Positions 1 to 8,167 of a DNA stretch of 23,427 nt are shown here, in pieces. This stretch comes from a bacterium (GTDB taxonomy: Bacteria > Arandabacterota > Arandabacteria > Arandabacterales > JALGWA01). The stretch is from contig JASFEA010000033.1 of the NCBI GenBank assembly GCA_050125095.1, forward strand, positions 1 through 23,427, given 5' to 3'. Below the pieces are notes generated by a model. That model was not told the DNA's origin. It did no database searches and was given only the letters and a program-made list of their open reading frames with translations. The position numbers and the translations under genes were made by a program. Numbering within the stretch: the first letter of the stretch is position 1; the number at the start of each line of letters is the position of its first letter.

Positions 1-720
1 TCCCAGACGGCAAGCATGCTGGAGCCGTACTGCGGCAGCGACAGCGTGGGCGTCACGGCGGTTCCCCGGGACCGGCTGCTGGCTATAGTCAGCGCGGCTA
101 TCGCGCACGGCAAGTCACTGGCCGTTCACGCCATAGGCGACAGGGCCAACCGGGACGTACTCGACGTCTTCGAGGAGGTGGCCCCGTTGCGGCGGGACAG
201 GCCCCTGGCCCTGAGAGTGGAGCATGCCCAGCTCCTGCATCCCGACGATATGCCCCGCTTCGGCAGTCTGGATGTCATCGCCTCCATGCAGCCCATACAT
301 CTGGTATCCGACATAAAGGTCGCGGAGAAATACTGGGGAGAGCGGAGCAGGGGGGCCTACGCCTGGGGCAGCATAAGGCGGGGCGGCGGCACACTCGCTT
401 TCGGCTCCGACGCACCCATAGAAGAGCCCGACCCCTTGAAGGGCATTCACGCGGCGGTCACCCGGCGCGTCCCGGGAGATAAGGCCTCCGGGTCCTGGTA
501 TCCCGGGGAGGGAATCGAGGTCTGGGAGGCCGTTGACGCGTATACGCGGGGGGCCGCCCGGGCATCCTCAAGCGCCGCAGGCGCCGGGGCCCTCAAGCCC
601 GGCTACCGCGCGGACCTCACCATACTCACCCGAAATATCTTGAGCCCCGAAGACCCCGACGCCATACTGGAGGCCGGTATAGCAGGTACCGTCGCGGCGG
701 GGGACGCCCTCTTATCCTGA
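1..720 (+). CDS. Amidohydrolase family 3 (YtcJ-like) metal-dependent hydrolase, 5'-partial
   Basis: Frame 1 is open from base 1 (SQTASMLEPY). Motifs AVHAIGDRAN, RVEHAQ, ASMQP, FGSDAP, YTRGAA and LKPGYRADL are typical of the C-terminal half of YtcJ-like amidohydrolases. Confidence 0.92.
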   Translation, partial: SQTASMLEPYCGSDSVGVTAVPRDRLLAIVSAAIAHGKSLAVHAIGDRANRDVLDVFEEVAPLRRDRPLALRVEHAQLLHPDDMPRFGSLDVIASMQPIHLVSDIKVAEKYWGERSRGAYAWGSIRRGGGTLAFGSDAPIEEPDPLKGIHAAVTRRVPGDKASGSWYPGEGIEVWEAVDAYTRGAARASSSAAGAGALKPGYRADLTILTRNILSPEDPDAILEAGIAGTVAAGDALLS

Positions 721-723
721 AAA

Positions 724-740
724 CTGGCACATAAAGTGCG
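724..740 (+). promoter_or_regulatory. Putative sigma54 (RpoN) -24/-12 promoter of the C25 peptidase gene
   Basis: CTGGCAC-ATAAA-GTGC: GG (726-727) and GC (738-739) are separated by exactly 10 nt. One mismatch to the consensus TGGCAC-N5-TTGC. It lies in the AT-rich gap before the CDS. Confidence 0.6.
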
Positions 741-794
741 AATACAGGGGTACAGGAAGAAATAGAGGTGCTGTGTAGCAGTAGGGGGTGCAAC

Positions 795-3197
795 TTGCAA
801 TCCTTTAGCGATTGTGAGAGAGCAAAAGGCAACGGGCTCATTATAAGCGGGCCTGTATTAGCGCTCCTTGCGGCAGCCTGTATCCTGGCGGCCGGCGAGG
901 CGGGGGCCGCCACGCACGTCGAGACAGCCCTTTTCCGGGAGGCCGATCTCCGGTTCGAGAGGACCGGCGGCCGCGACCTGGTATACCTGGAGGAGGCCAG
1001 ATTCCTGACCCGGCCCGGCGAACCGCGCCTTCCTGCAGTCCCCTACAGGGTCGCCCTGGAGCCCGGCTCGCGCGTAATATCGGTCAGCATATCGGCAGCC
1101 GACAGCCTGGCCCTGGCGGGCGCATATGACATCATGCCGGCCGGGGCGCCGCAGCCTCTTTCGGGCCGCGCGGGCGGCAGGTACGTGCCCGCAGGCGACT
1201 CGGTCTTTCTCATGAGCGAATTCTATCCGGTCTCCCATGGCGAGTACGTCGGGGCGGGCAACATCGACGGCGTGCCTATCGCCGACATAATTCTCTATCC
1301 CGTCCGCTACAACCCGTCGAACGGCGCTCTTGTGCTGGCGACCGAGGTCCTCATAGAAGTGGAATACGAGGCCGGCGGGGGCCGGGTGGACGAGTCCCGG
1401 GCCGCGGACGCGGACATGATTGCGGGGCTGGTTTCCGCGAGCGCCGCAAAGGGCGCGAAGTACAAGAAGAAACTGCTCGACCTGCCGTATGCCACCATTT
1501 CAGAGACCGAAATCGACTATATCATCATAACCGACTCGTCCCTTGCCTCGTCATTCCAGCCTCTTATCGACTGGAAGACAAGAAAGGGCGTGCCGGCCGC
1601 GATTGTCACGCTTGATGAGATCGACGCGTCCTACACCGGCGCCGACATACAGGAGCGCGTCAGGAACTGCATCGCCGACTATCACGCTTCATATGGGACT
1701 CGCTGGGTGCTTCTCGGAGGAGACACGGGATTCATACCCGAGCGGAGGCTCTATGTCGCGCTTTCGGATAAGACTTCGATACCTTCCGACCTCTACTACG
1801 CCGACCTCGACGGGACCTGGAACGACGACGCCGACCTTCGCTGGGGCGAGGTGCCCGCCGACGGCGTGGATATGTACGCCGACGTCTACGTCGGGCGCGC
1901 GCCCGTGTCGACAGATGCCGAAGCCGGGATCTTCGTGGAGAAGGTGCTGGCCTATGAGGGCGTGTACGGCTCCCCGGGAGACCACCTGAAGGACATGCTC
2001 TTCCTCGCCGAGATTCTCTGGGGCGAGTTGGGCGATCCCTCTGACCCGGACTATACCGACGGCGGCGATGCCAAGGACATTATCGAGGCATCTTACGTAC
2101 CGGGCGACTTCACGGTGCTGAAGCTCTATGAGTCTCTCTATAACCTGACAGAGGCCGCCATCGTCGCCGCGCTCAATGACGGCATGGGCATGGTCAACGT
2201 CAACTGCCACGGGGCCGTGACCGGAATAGCGCTCGGTGATGACAACCTGCCGGCCGCCAGCGTGTTCGGCCTTACCAACGGCCCGGAGTACGGCATACTG
2301 TACGCCACATCATGCATGGTGGGCGCCTACGAGCAGTCATGCATCGGCGAGGCCTGGGTGAGAAGCCCCGCGGGCGGCGGCTTCTTCATCGGCAACTCGC
2401 GCTATGGCTGGGGCGTGCCCGGCAGCCCGGGCGAGGGACCGTCCGACCACTACGACCAGTCGTTCTTCGAGGCCGTCTTCGTAACAGGGCTTGAGAACCT
2501 CGGGAAGGTGCATGCATATGCCAAGCACGAGTATGTGGCCGAGTCCAGGTACGACCCCTATTATCGATATGTCATGTACGGCCTCAATCTCTTCGGCGAT
2601 CCCGAGACGCCGGTCTGGACCGGCCAGCCGGCCGGCCTCGCGGTTGAATTCCCGGTGGCGATCCCATGCGGCGGGCCGGAGTTCCAGGTCAGTGTGACGA
2701 GCGGCGGGAGCCCGGTCATGGGAACCACGGTATGCCTCTACAAGCCCGGCGACGTTTACGTGGTCGGCAGCACCGGCGCCCTGGGCGCCATGACCTTCTA
2801 TATAGAGCCGGAAGACACGGGCACACTCTACGTCACGGTGACCGGCGCAGGCTACGTGCCGTACCTGGGAACGAGCAACGTGGAAGTGGCCGATGCCGGC
2901 CTGCCGGACGGGCGGGGGGAGACTCCCTTCTCGCTTGTTGTCCAGCCCAATCCTTTCCGGTCCAGGGCCGTGTTTACGGTCACGAGCGAACCGGGGACAG
3001 AGGTCGATATCGAGATCTTCGACATCAGGGGCAGGAGCGTCGCGGCCTTTGGCGGTGCCGCCTCTGCGAGCGGCGTGGCCAGTATGACCTGGGATGGACG
3101 GGACCCGTGGGGGCGCAGGGTGTCACCCGGGATATATGTCGTCAGGGTCTCGAACGGGTCGGCGGCTGCGACCCGCAAGGTGCTGATGATAAGATAG
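795..3197 (+). CDS. Secreted C25 family (gingipain-like) cysteine peptidase with propeptide, Ig-like domain and C-terminal FlgD-Ig/T9SS-like domain
   Basis: Signal-peptide-like hydrophobic stretch, propeptide motif PGEPRLP, and catalytic-domain motifs YIIIT, WKTRKG, VLLGGD, SDLYY, VYVGRAP and LNLFGDP. Candidate His/Cys dyad in NCHG and ATSC. C-terminus PNPF...WDGRD..G..VSPGIY...RKVLMIR. Start placed at TTG 795 after AGGGGGT; GTG 768 is an alternative. Confidence 0.92.
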   Translation: MQSFSDCERAKGNGLIISGPVLALLAAACILAAGEAGAATHVETALFREADLRFERTGGRDLVYLEEARFLTRPGEPRLPAVPYRVALEPGSRVISVSISAADSLALAGAYDIMPAGAPQPLSGRAGGRYVPAGDSVFLMSEFYPVSHGEYVGAGNIDGVPIADIILYPVRYNPSNGALVLATEVLIEVEYEAGGGRVDESRAADADMIAGLVSASAAKGAKYKKKLLDLPYATISETEIDYIIITDSSLASSFQPLIDWKTRKGVPAAIVTLDEIDASYTGADIQERVRNCIADYHASYGTRWVLLGGDTGFIPERRLYVALSDKTSIPSDLYYADLDGTWNDDADLRWGEVPADGVDMYADVYVGRAPVSTDAEAGIFVEKVLAYEGVYGSPGDHLKDMLFLAEILWGELGDPSDPDYTDGGDAKDIIEASYVPGDFTVLKLYESLYNLTEAAIVAALNDGMGMVNVNCHGAVTGIALGDDNLPAASVFGLTNGPEYGILYATSCMVGAYEQSCIGEAWVRSPAGGGFFIGNSRYGWGVPGSPGEGPSDHYDQSFFEAVFVTGLENLGKVHAYAKHEYVAESRYDPYYRYVMYGLNLFGDPETPVWTGQPAGLAVEFPVAIPCGGPEFQVSVTSGGSPVMGTTVCLYKPGDVYVVGSTGALGAMTFYIEPEDTGTLYVTVTGAGYVPYLGTSNVEVADAGLPDGRGETPFSLVVQPNPFRSRAVFTVTSEPGTEVDIEIFDIRGRSVAAFGGAASASGVASMTWDGRDPWGRRVSPGIYVVRVSNGSAAATRKVLMIR

Positions 3198-3215
3198 GCC
3201 CGGCCCGGCCTATCT
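3192..3215. terminator. Small hairpin between convergent genes (possible bidirectional terminator or pause site)
   Basis: AGATAGGCC-N6-GGCCTATCT is a perfect 9-bp inverted repeat that contains both stop codons. There is no U-tract. Confidence 0.35.
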
Positions 3216-5123
3216 CAGCCTGATTATCTTATCCGTCCTGTCAACCGAGTCGGCCACCATTCTCAGGAAGTACACTCCCGACGCCGCGGGCCGGCCGGAC
3301 TGCGTCCTCCCGTCCCAGGTCCGCCGGTGTACGCCCGGTGCGAGAACTTCATCGGCCAGGTCCGCCACGAGGGCCCCTTCGATGTTGTAGACCCGCAGGC
3401 TCACCCGCTCGGGCGAGCTTAAGTAGAATGAAATCGCCACGTCTTCATGGAAGGGATTCGGCGAAAGCGACATGAGCTGTGTCCTCAGCTCCACGCCCTT
3501 CTTGACTTCCTCTCCGGCGATGAACTCATCGGTGCCGGCGAAGATCTCGACCCCGGCGCGCCCCTTGACCTCAAGCAGATAGGGATCGCCAGTGCCCGTT
3601 GTCTTCACGCCGCGCGCGCGGTCGTAGAGCGCGACGCTCCAGCCTTCGGGCAGTTCGACAATGGGCTCGACCTCAATCTCGACGTAGTCGTGACTCCCGG
3701 CCTCGACCGTGACCGTCCAGGTCTGGCCGTCCGCCGATACGCCGCGCATGTCCGTCATGTAGTCGCCCGAGAGCCTGCCCCAGGTCCCCCGGCGGAACAT
3801 GGCCCGCATCTCGCCCCCGATAGCGGGAGGGGCGTGGAGGTCGCGCGCGTCCCAACCGTCCCGGGCGTCCTCCGCCAGACCGGCGTAGCATCGCCTCTGT
3901 ATTTCATCGTGGCCCGGCCGGCCCGTCACGGTTATGCCGAGCAGCGCTTCCACTCGGCCCTCGGCTACGGGCGCCCCGTCGGCTACGGACGCCTCGAGTA
4001 TCGCCGCCGTCACGATCTCGGGAGGGAACGCGAGTTCGACTTCCCGGGTGCTCGCGTTGAACACCCAGCAACCGATCCAGACGCCGAGATGGGTCTGGAA
4101 GTTCTGGTAGTCACCGTCGTATCCGATCAAGTTGTTTTCGACCATTATGGTGTCCGTCCCGACGACATGCTCTGCGCCTATCGAGTATTTCTGACCGTCG
4201 AACACAACCCAGCCGGTGGACCATTTGGTTCCGAATGCGTACGGTGTCCCTATCTGGTTCCAGCCCCTGTCCAGGTGTATGCGGCAAGGGCGCGACACGT
4301 CCGTGGATATGCCTCTGAAGTCGAACAGCCTGGCGGAATCGAGAATAAGCCAGTACGCCCTCCCCGGCGCGAAGTCGGCTATGTCCGGGTACTCATCATA
4401 ACATCCCGTGGTGCAGCCGCCCGCAGCGTTCCAGCGCCCGAGCCTCCAGGACTTCTTGTTGTAAGATCCGTAATCGTCCACCAGCACGCTGTCGGGGCTG
4501 CCGTCCGTGGGCGTGCCGGGAAGCGAGATCATGCTGTACTCTCCGGAGGTCAAATTCATATCGGCGGTAAGCGCGTCGAAGTACACGGGGAGGTTCTGCA
4601 GAGAGTCCGGGGCGCCTTCGGGAAGCGTCGATACGTTTCCCATTCCGTCGAAGGCTTCTATATAATAGACCAGGCCGCGCTCCGTGACCGAATTCTGCGG
4701 GATCGTCGCCCTGTATGTCGTTCCCGATGTGCTCAACATCCAGCGCATCTTGAATGCAGTGAGCCCGCCTTCGTGGTAATAGAGTTTCACGCTGTCGACG
4801 CCTGTAACTTCATCCTCGATGTCGGCCTCGACTGTGACGGCGGCGTTGGCCGCCGTGAGCGGAGCCGGCGTATGCAGTATGACCGGCGGCACGACGTCCA
4901 TGACCGTCGGCATTATGCCCGAGACCAGCGAGAAGCCGCCCGAGGTGACCGCGCCGATGGGCGAGGCCTGGCCCGCGGTGAAGGATATTTCGTATTGCCC
5001 GGCCGACACCTTGCCTGCGCTCTCGCTGAACGCCGATATCGGGACCGAGTAAGTGGCCAGGGCGGCGGACGTTAAGAGGAATATACTCAGAAGCACCCCG
5101 CCTGCAGGTATAAGGGTTTTCAT
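3210..5123 (-). CDS. Secreted multi-domain protein with C-terminal FlgD-Ig/T9SS-like sorting domain
   Basis: 637-aa ORF with a signal peptide, a short Gly/Ser-rich N-terminal module (YEISFTAGQ), an Ig-like segment (DVVPPVILHTP...YYIEAFD), LxxGWNQIG motifs, and a C-terminal PNPF...WDGRT..G...ASGVYF...KIIRLR. Confidence 0.85.
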   Translation of the reverse strand: MKTLIPAGGVLLSIFLLTSAALATYSVPISAFSESAGKVSAGQYEISFTAGQASPIGAVTSGGFSLVSGIMPTVMDVVPPVILHTPAPLTAANAAVTVEADIEDEVTGVDSVKLYYHEGGLTAFKMRWMLSTSGTTYRATIPQNSVTERGLVYYIEAFDGMGNVSTLPEGAPDSLQNLPVYFDALTADMNLTSGEYSMISLPGTPTDGSPDSVLVDDYGSYNKKSWRLGRWNAAGGCTTGCYDEYPDIADFAPGRAYWLILDSARLFDFRGISTDVSRPCRIHLDRGWNQIGTPYAFGTKWSTGWVVFDGQKYSIGAEHVVGTDTIMVENNLIGYDGDYQNFQTHLGVWIGCWVFNASTREVELAFPPEIVTAAILEASVADGAPVAEGRVEALLGITVTGRPGHDEIQRRCYAGLAEDARDGWDARDLHAPPAIGGEMRAMFRRGTWGRLSGDYMTDMRGVSADGQTWTVTVEAGSHDYVEIEVEPIVELPEGWSVALYDRARGVKTTGTGDPYLLEVKGRAGVEIFAGTDEFIAGEEVKKGVELRTQLMSLSPNPFHEDVAISFYLSSPERVSLRVYNIEGALVADLADEVLAPGVHRRTWDGRTQSGRPAASGVYFLRMVADSVDRTDKIIRLR

Positions 5124-5137
5124 CTCAGCACCCCCGC

Positions 5138-6889
5138 CTACTCATTGCCCGGATCGTCTTGAATGATCCTTCCCTCATCTCTCCCTCCGGGCCGACCCGA
5201 CATCGGACTCTTGGAACCGGGTGATACCGTCGTCCCGAACTGGTAATAGGTGACAACAAGCGACGGCGCGAAGAACCGGTTTGTGGCGCCCGAATCGAAC
5301 TTGTGGACAATCTCGGTCAGGAGGTAGACCGTATGCGTCCCCGCCCCCACGGGCTGAACCGTGGTGCCCGCCACGGGCTTGGACGGCAGGAACTGGTCAA
5401 GGACGAGGTCGACGGCATCCTGTTCGGTGTCATACATGCTGCTTCGCACGAAGTAATCGAAACCCGAAGAGTCATTCAGCGCAACACCGTACTCGGCTAT
5501 CAGCCGCTTGGCCTGCCAGGTCCCCTCCAGATCGATGTCGAGCACCTGGGTACCCGAGAAAGAAATGTGGAGGACGCCCGTGTCCGGTGCGTCGATGGTT
5601 ACAGACGCCACCACCGTGAGCTGGTCCCAGTCGGATTCGTAGTCGTCCACCTCCCTATGCACGAGAACGGGCGCGTAGTGATGCGCATTCGGAATGGCGC
5701 TGGCGTCGGCCGCGTGCGAGATGGAGAGCGCGCCCGAGAGGCCGCCGCCCGAAAGCCCCTGTCCCGCGGTCACCGAGCTCACGTCGCCTATCTCTTCGTG
5801 ATAGTGGAGATGGGTGATACCCCCGCCGGTCAGGGAGTCCTTCTCGGCACCGGTGAGCAGGCCGGCGTAGGTCTCGGTGACTGCCGTGCCCGTTATGCGC
5901 TCGGGGGCCATGCTTCCGGTGGTTATGAGCGAGGCGTCGGTCGTTATGTCATCGGTGCTGTCCGCAAAGCCCGCCGGAACGCCTGCCAGGTTGTCCCAGT
6001 GTACCTGGTTGGAGCCGGTATTGGGCGCGCTTCCGTCGGAGGTCTGAAGCACGAGCTCCTGGGCGTATTGCGGGTGATCATCGTCTTCCAGGCCCTCGAG
6101 CTCGCCGTGGTCCAGCGCTCCGCCCGCCGAGGTGTTGTCTACGCCGTCCGCGAAATCGGCCGGCATCCCCGTGAGGTTGTCCCAGTGCACCTGGTTGGAG
6201 CCGGTATTGGGCGCGCTTCCGTCGGAGGTCTCAAGCACGCTTTCACGCGCGTACTGGGGATGGTCGTCGTCGCCGAGACCCGTCAGGAGGCCGTGGTCGG
6301 TGACGCCGCCCGACTCGTCGGTGCCGTCGGCGAAGCCGGTCGGCACGCCCGTGAGAAGGTCCCAGTGAATGAAGTTGGAGCCCTCATTGGGCGGGTCGCC
6401 GTCGGACGCCGTCAGCGCCGAAATGGTGTAATAGCGGGAGTCATGCGTATGCGTGGCCCCGGCGAACTCCCAGGACTCGCGGCCGTCAAGCAACGCTGCG
6501 TCATCCGCCGTACCGGCGTGGAACGCGTAGCCGACGCTCACGATCTCCGGCCTCGGCAGCATCTCGTCTCCGCCCTCGATTGCGACGGAGAGCCACCTGC
6601 GCTGGCCCTGGAATACGGTCGCGGGTATGGCAGTCCCGCTGCCCAGTATCACCGCAAAGGCGCCGTTGTCGAACTCGACAGTCTGGGTCTCCTCCCACAG
6701 CGCGGAGCCCCCCGTGGACGCGCCGTAAATCCCGAATGTCACCGACTTCGAGCCCGTCACCAGGTCGCCGTCCTCGCGGAGGAGTCCCTGGTAAGTGATC
6801 GTCTGGGGCACGGCGTATACGCCCGCCGCCGCGAGCATCGCAAAGGCAAGAGTCAGAATCAGGATAAGATGAATGTTCCCGGTCTTCAT
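5138..6889 (-). CDS. Secreted repeat-containing fibre/adhesin-like protein
   Basis: 583 aa with signal peptide and GAGGAGGG RBS. N-terminal VPQTITYQGLL domain, HTHDSRYY motif, about 60-aa tandem repeats (DHGxLxGLxDDDHPQY...VPxxFADxxD) and a beta-rich C-terminal domain. Confidence 0.8.
   Translation of the reverse strand: MKTGNIHLILILTLAFAMLAAAGVYAVPQTITYQGLLREDGDLVTGSKSVTFGIYGASTGGSALWEETQTVEFDNGAFAVILGSGTAIPATVFQGQRRWLSVAIEGGDEMLPRPEIVSVGYAFHAGTADDAALLDGRESWEFAGATHTHDSRYYTISALTASDGDPPNEGSNFIHWDLLTGVPTGFADGTDESGGVTDHGLLTGLGDDDHPQYARESVLETSDGSAPNTGSNQVHWDNLTGMPADFADGVDNTSAGGALDHGELEGLEDDDHPQYAQELVLQTSDGSAPNTGSNQVHWDNLAGVPAGFADSTDDITTDASLITTGSMAPERITGTAVTETYAGLLTGAEKDSLTGGGITHLHYHEEIGDVSSVTAGQGLSGGGLSGALSISHAADASAIPNAHHYAPVLVHREVDDYESDWDQLTVVASVTIDAPDTGVLHISFSGTQVLDIDLEGTWQAKRLIAEYGVALNDSSGFDYFVRSSMYDTEQDAVDLVLDQFLPSKPVAGTTVQPVGAGTHTVYLLTEIVHKFDSGATNRFFAPSLVVTYYQFGTTVSPGSKSPMSGRPGGRDEGRIIQDDPGNE
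5988..6231. repeat. Intragenic direct repeat, 58-bp core in two copies (5988-6045 and 6174-6231), period 186 bp
   Basis: AGGTTGTCCCAGTG(T/C)ACCTGGTTGGAGCCGGTATTGGGCGCGCTTCCGTCGGAGGTCT, 57/58 identical. A third, more diverged copy lies at about 6354-6410. Confidence 0.9.
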
Positions 6890-6906
6890 GGCGTGAGCCC
6901 TCCTCG

Positions 6907-7323
6907 TTATTTATCAGGCGGGTCGGGGAATTCAGGGAGGTCGTCCTTGTCCTCACCGCCCCCCGACGCTATTGCGATCACAGTGGCGGTGACGACGCCG
7001 ACCACGACGGCGATGAACCACCACTGCTTATAGAACGGCTTTTCTTTCTTCTTCACATAGAGCGTGTCCGCCATTGCAGAATCACTGAAGGTAAGCTCGG
7101 TTGGGACGGCGGCTGAATCCATTGGCACCGTAGCAAGCGAGTCCTGCTTGAATATGGGCAGGGGAACCGAGTCGATCCGGGCCTCCACGGTCAGCGTGTC
7201 GGACTCCTCGGGTTCGTTCTCCACTTTGGGCTCGTAACTGAAGCAGGTGGTTACGGCGGCGTTAAGCAAGATGACGACGCCCGCCCAGCAGATCAACCTC
7301 CACAGCGCTTTGTGTGCTTTCAT
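6907..7323 (-). CDS. Small exported/membrane-anchored hypothetical protein
   Basis: ATG 7323 follows AGGAG. N-terminal hydrophobic segment, acidic low-complexity linker, KPFYKQWWF plus a transmembrane helix, and a GGG...LPEFPDPP tail. Confidence 0.75.
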   Translation of the reverse strand: MKAHKALWRLICWAGVVILLNAAVTTCFSYEPKVENEPEESDTLTVEARIDSVPLPIFKQDSLATVPMDSAAVPTELTFSDSAMADTLYVKKKEKPFYKQWWFIAVVVGVVTATVIAIASGGGEDKDDLPEFPDPPDK

Positions 7324-7410
7324 TGCGTTATTTCTCCTGTTTTCATCAGTAGTTCCATATAAAGACAAGTGCGTGAATTAGTCAACAGCTGAGGAGGTTT
7401 TGGATTAAGG

Positions 7411-7440
7411 CTGTCATAGGGGGCCCGGCTCCTGTATAAT
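7411..7440 (+). promoter_or_regulatory. Putative sigma70 promoter for the beta-barrel gene
   Basis: CTGTCA-N18-TATAAT in the AT-rich divergent intergenic region. Confidence 0.45.
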
Positions 7441-7518
7441 TGCCAGAGTTTAGTTAAGAGCTGTGAATCGTGATCAGACCCGGCGCATTAGTGGACTCTT
7501 GAGAGAAGGGGGAACCCG

Positions 7519-8157
7519 ATGAAATTGCGCGCCACCATACTCCTGGTTCTTGCTGTTTTGGCTGTTGCGGGTCTCGCTTACTGCGAGGAGCCCTACCCTT
7601 ACCCCGCGGGGGAGACGCAGGTCGTTTTCGGCTTCTCCGGCTGGCAGCTGGGAAGCTATGAAGGAGGCCTGGGTTTTCGGCTGTTCCACCCGGGCAGGCT
7701 CGCCTCCCTCGTTATGTTTGACCTCGGGATTAACTCGAGATGGTCGGAGAGCCGGTACGATACCACCGGTCTGGATATAGATGGGACCGGGGTGGGATTC
7801 GGGATGAGCTACACGCTTGAGAAATACCTCTCGACTTTTCACAGCGTGGCCCCCTATGTGGGGGTTGGAGCAATGTACTCGTACTACTGGTCCGAAGACG
7901 AGCGCACGGATGCCTATGACCTGGAAGACAGGGAGACCTCCAAGTCAACCAGCCACCGCGCCACGCTGCAGGGTGTGCTGGGGGCTGAATGGGCCTTCAC
8001 AAGCGGCATAAGCCTGGGCGCGCGCTATTATATGAGACTCGGCAGGACATGGGAAAGGCTCGAACGCAACTACTACGGGGAACGTTATAGTCGGGATACC
8101 GATGCGTGGTCCTTCGTATCAGGGGCGGGGTACCTGACGGCATCCTTGAGGTTCTAG
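7519..8157 (+). CDS. Outer-membrane beta-barrel protein (8-stranded OMP-like)
   Basis: Signal peptide, alternating amphipathic strands rich in Tyr/Gly (PYVGVGAMY, GVLGAEWAF, ISLGARY) and a C-terminal Phe (LTASLRF), the BAM signature. Confidence 0.8.
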   Translation: MKLRATILLVLAVLAVAGLAYCEEPYPYPAGETQVVFGFSGWQLGSYEGGLGFRLFHPGRLASLVMFDLGINSRWSESRYDTTGLDIDGTGVGFGMSYTLEKYLSTFHSVAPYVGVGAMYSYYWSEDERTDAYDLEDRETSKSTSHRATLQGVLGAEWAFTSGISLGARYYMRLGRTWERLERNYYGERYSRDTDAWSFVSGAGYLTASLRF

Positions 8158-8167
8158 GGCCCGAGTC

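Noticed and set aside
5988-6231. Near-identical repeat pair considered as a DGR template/variable repeat or a CRISPR array
   Set aside because: Both copies are in frame within one CDS, differ at a single synonymous site, and there is no reverse transcriptase, cas gene or spacer structure.
5138-6889. Prophage tail gene
   Set aside because: It carries a Sec signal peptide and no other phage genes lie nearby.
3447-7033. Long + strand ORFs 3447-5075 (542 aa) and 5303-7033 (576 aa)
   Set aside because: Antisense shadows of well-supported minus-strand genes. They are Arg/Gly/Val-rich with no motifs, as expected in high-GC DNA.
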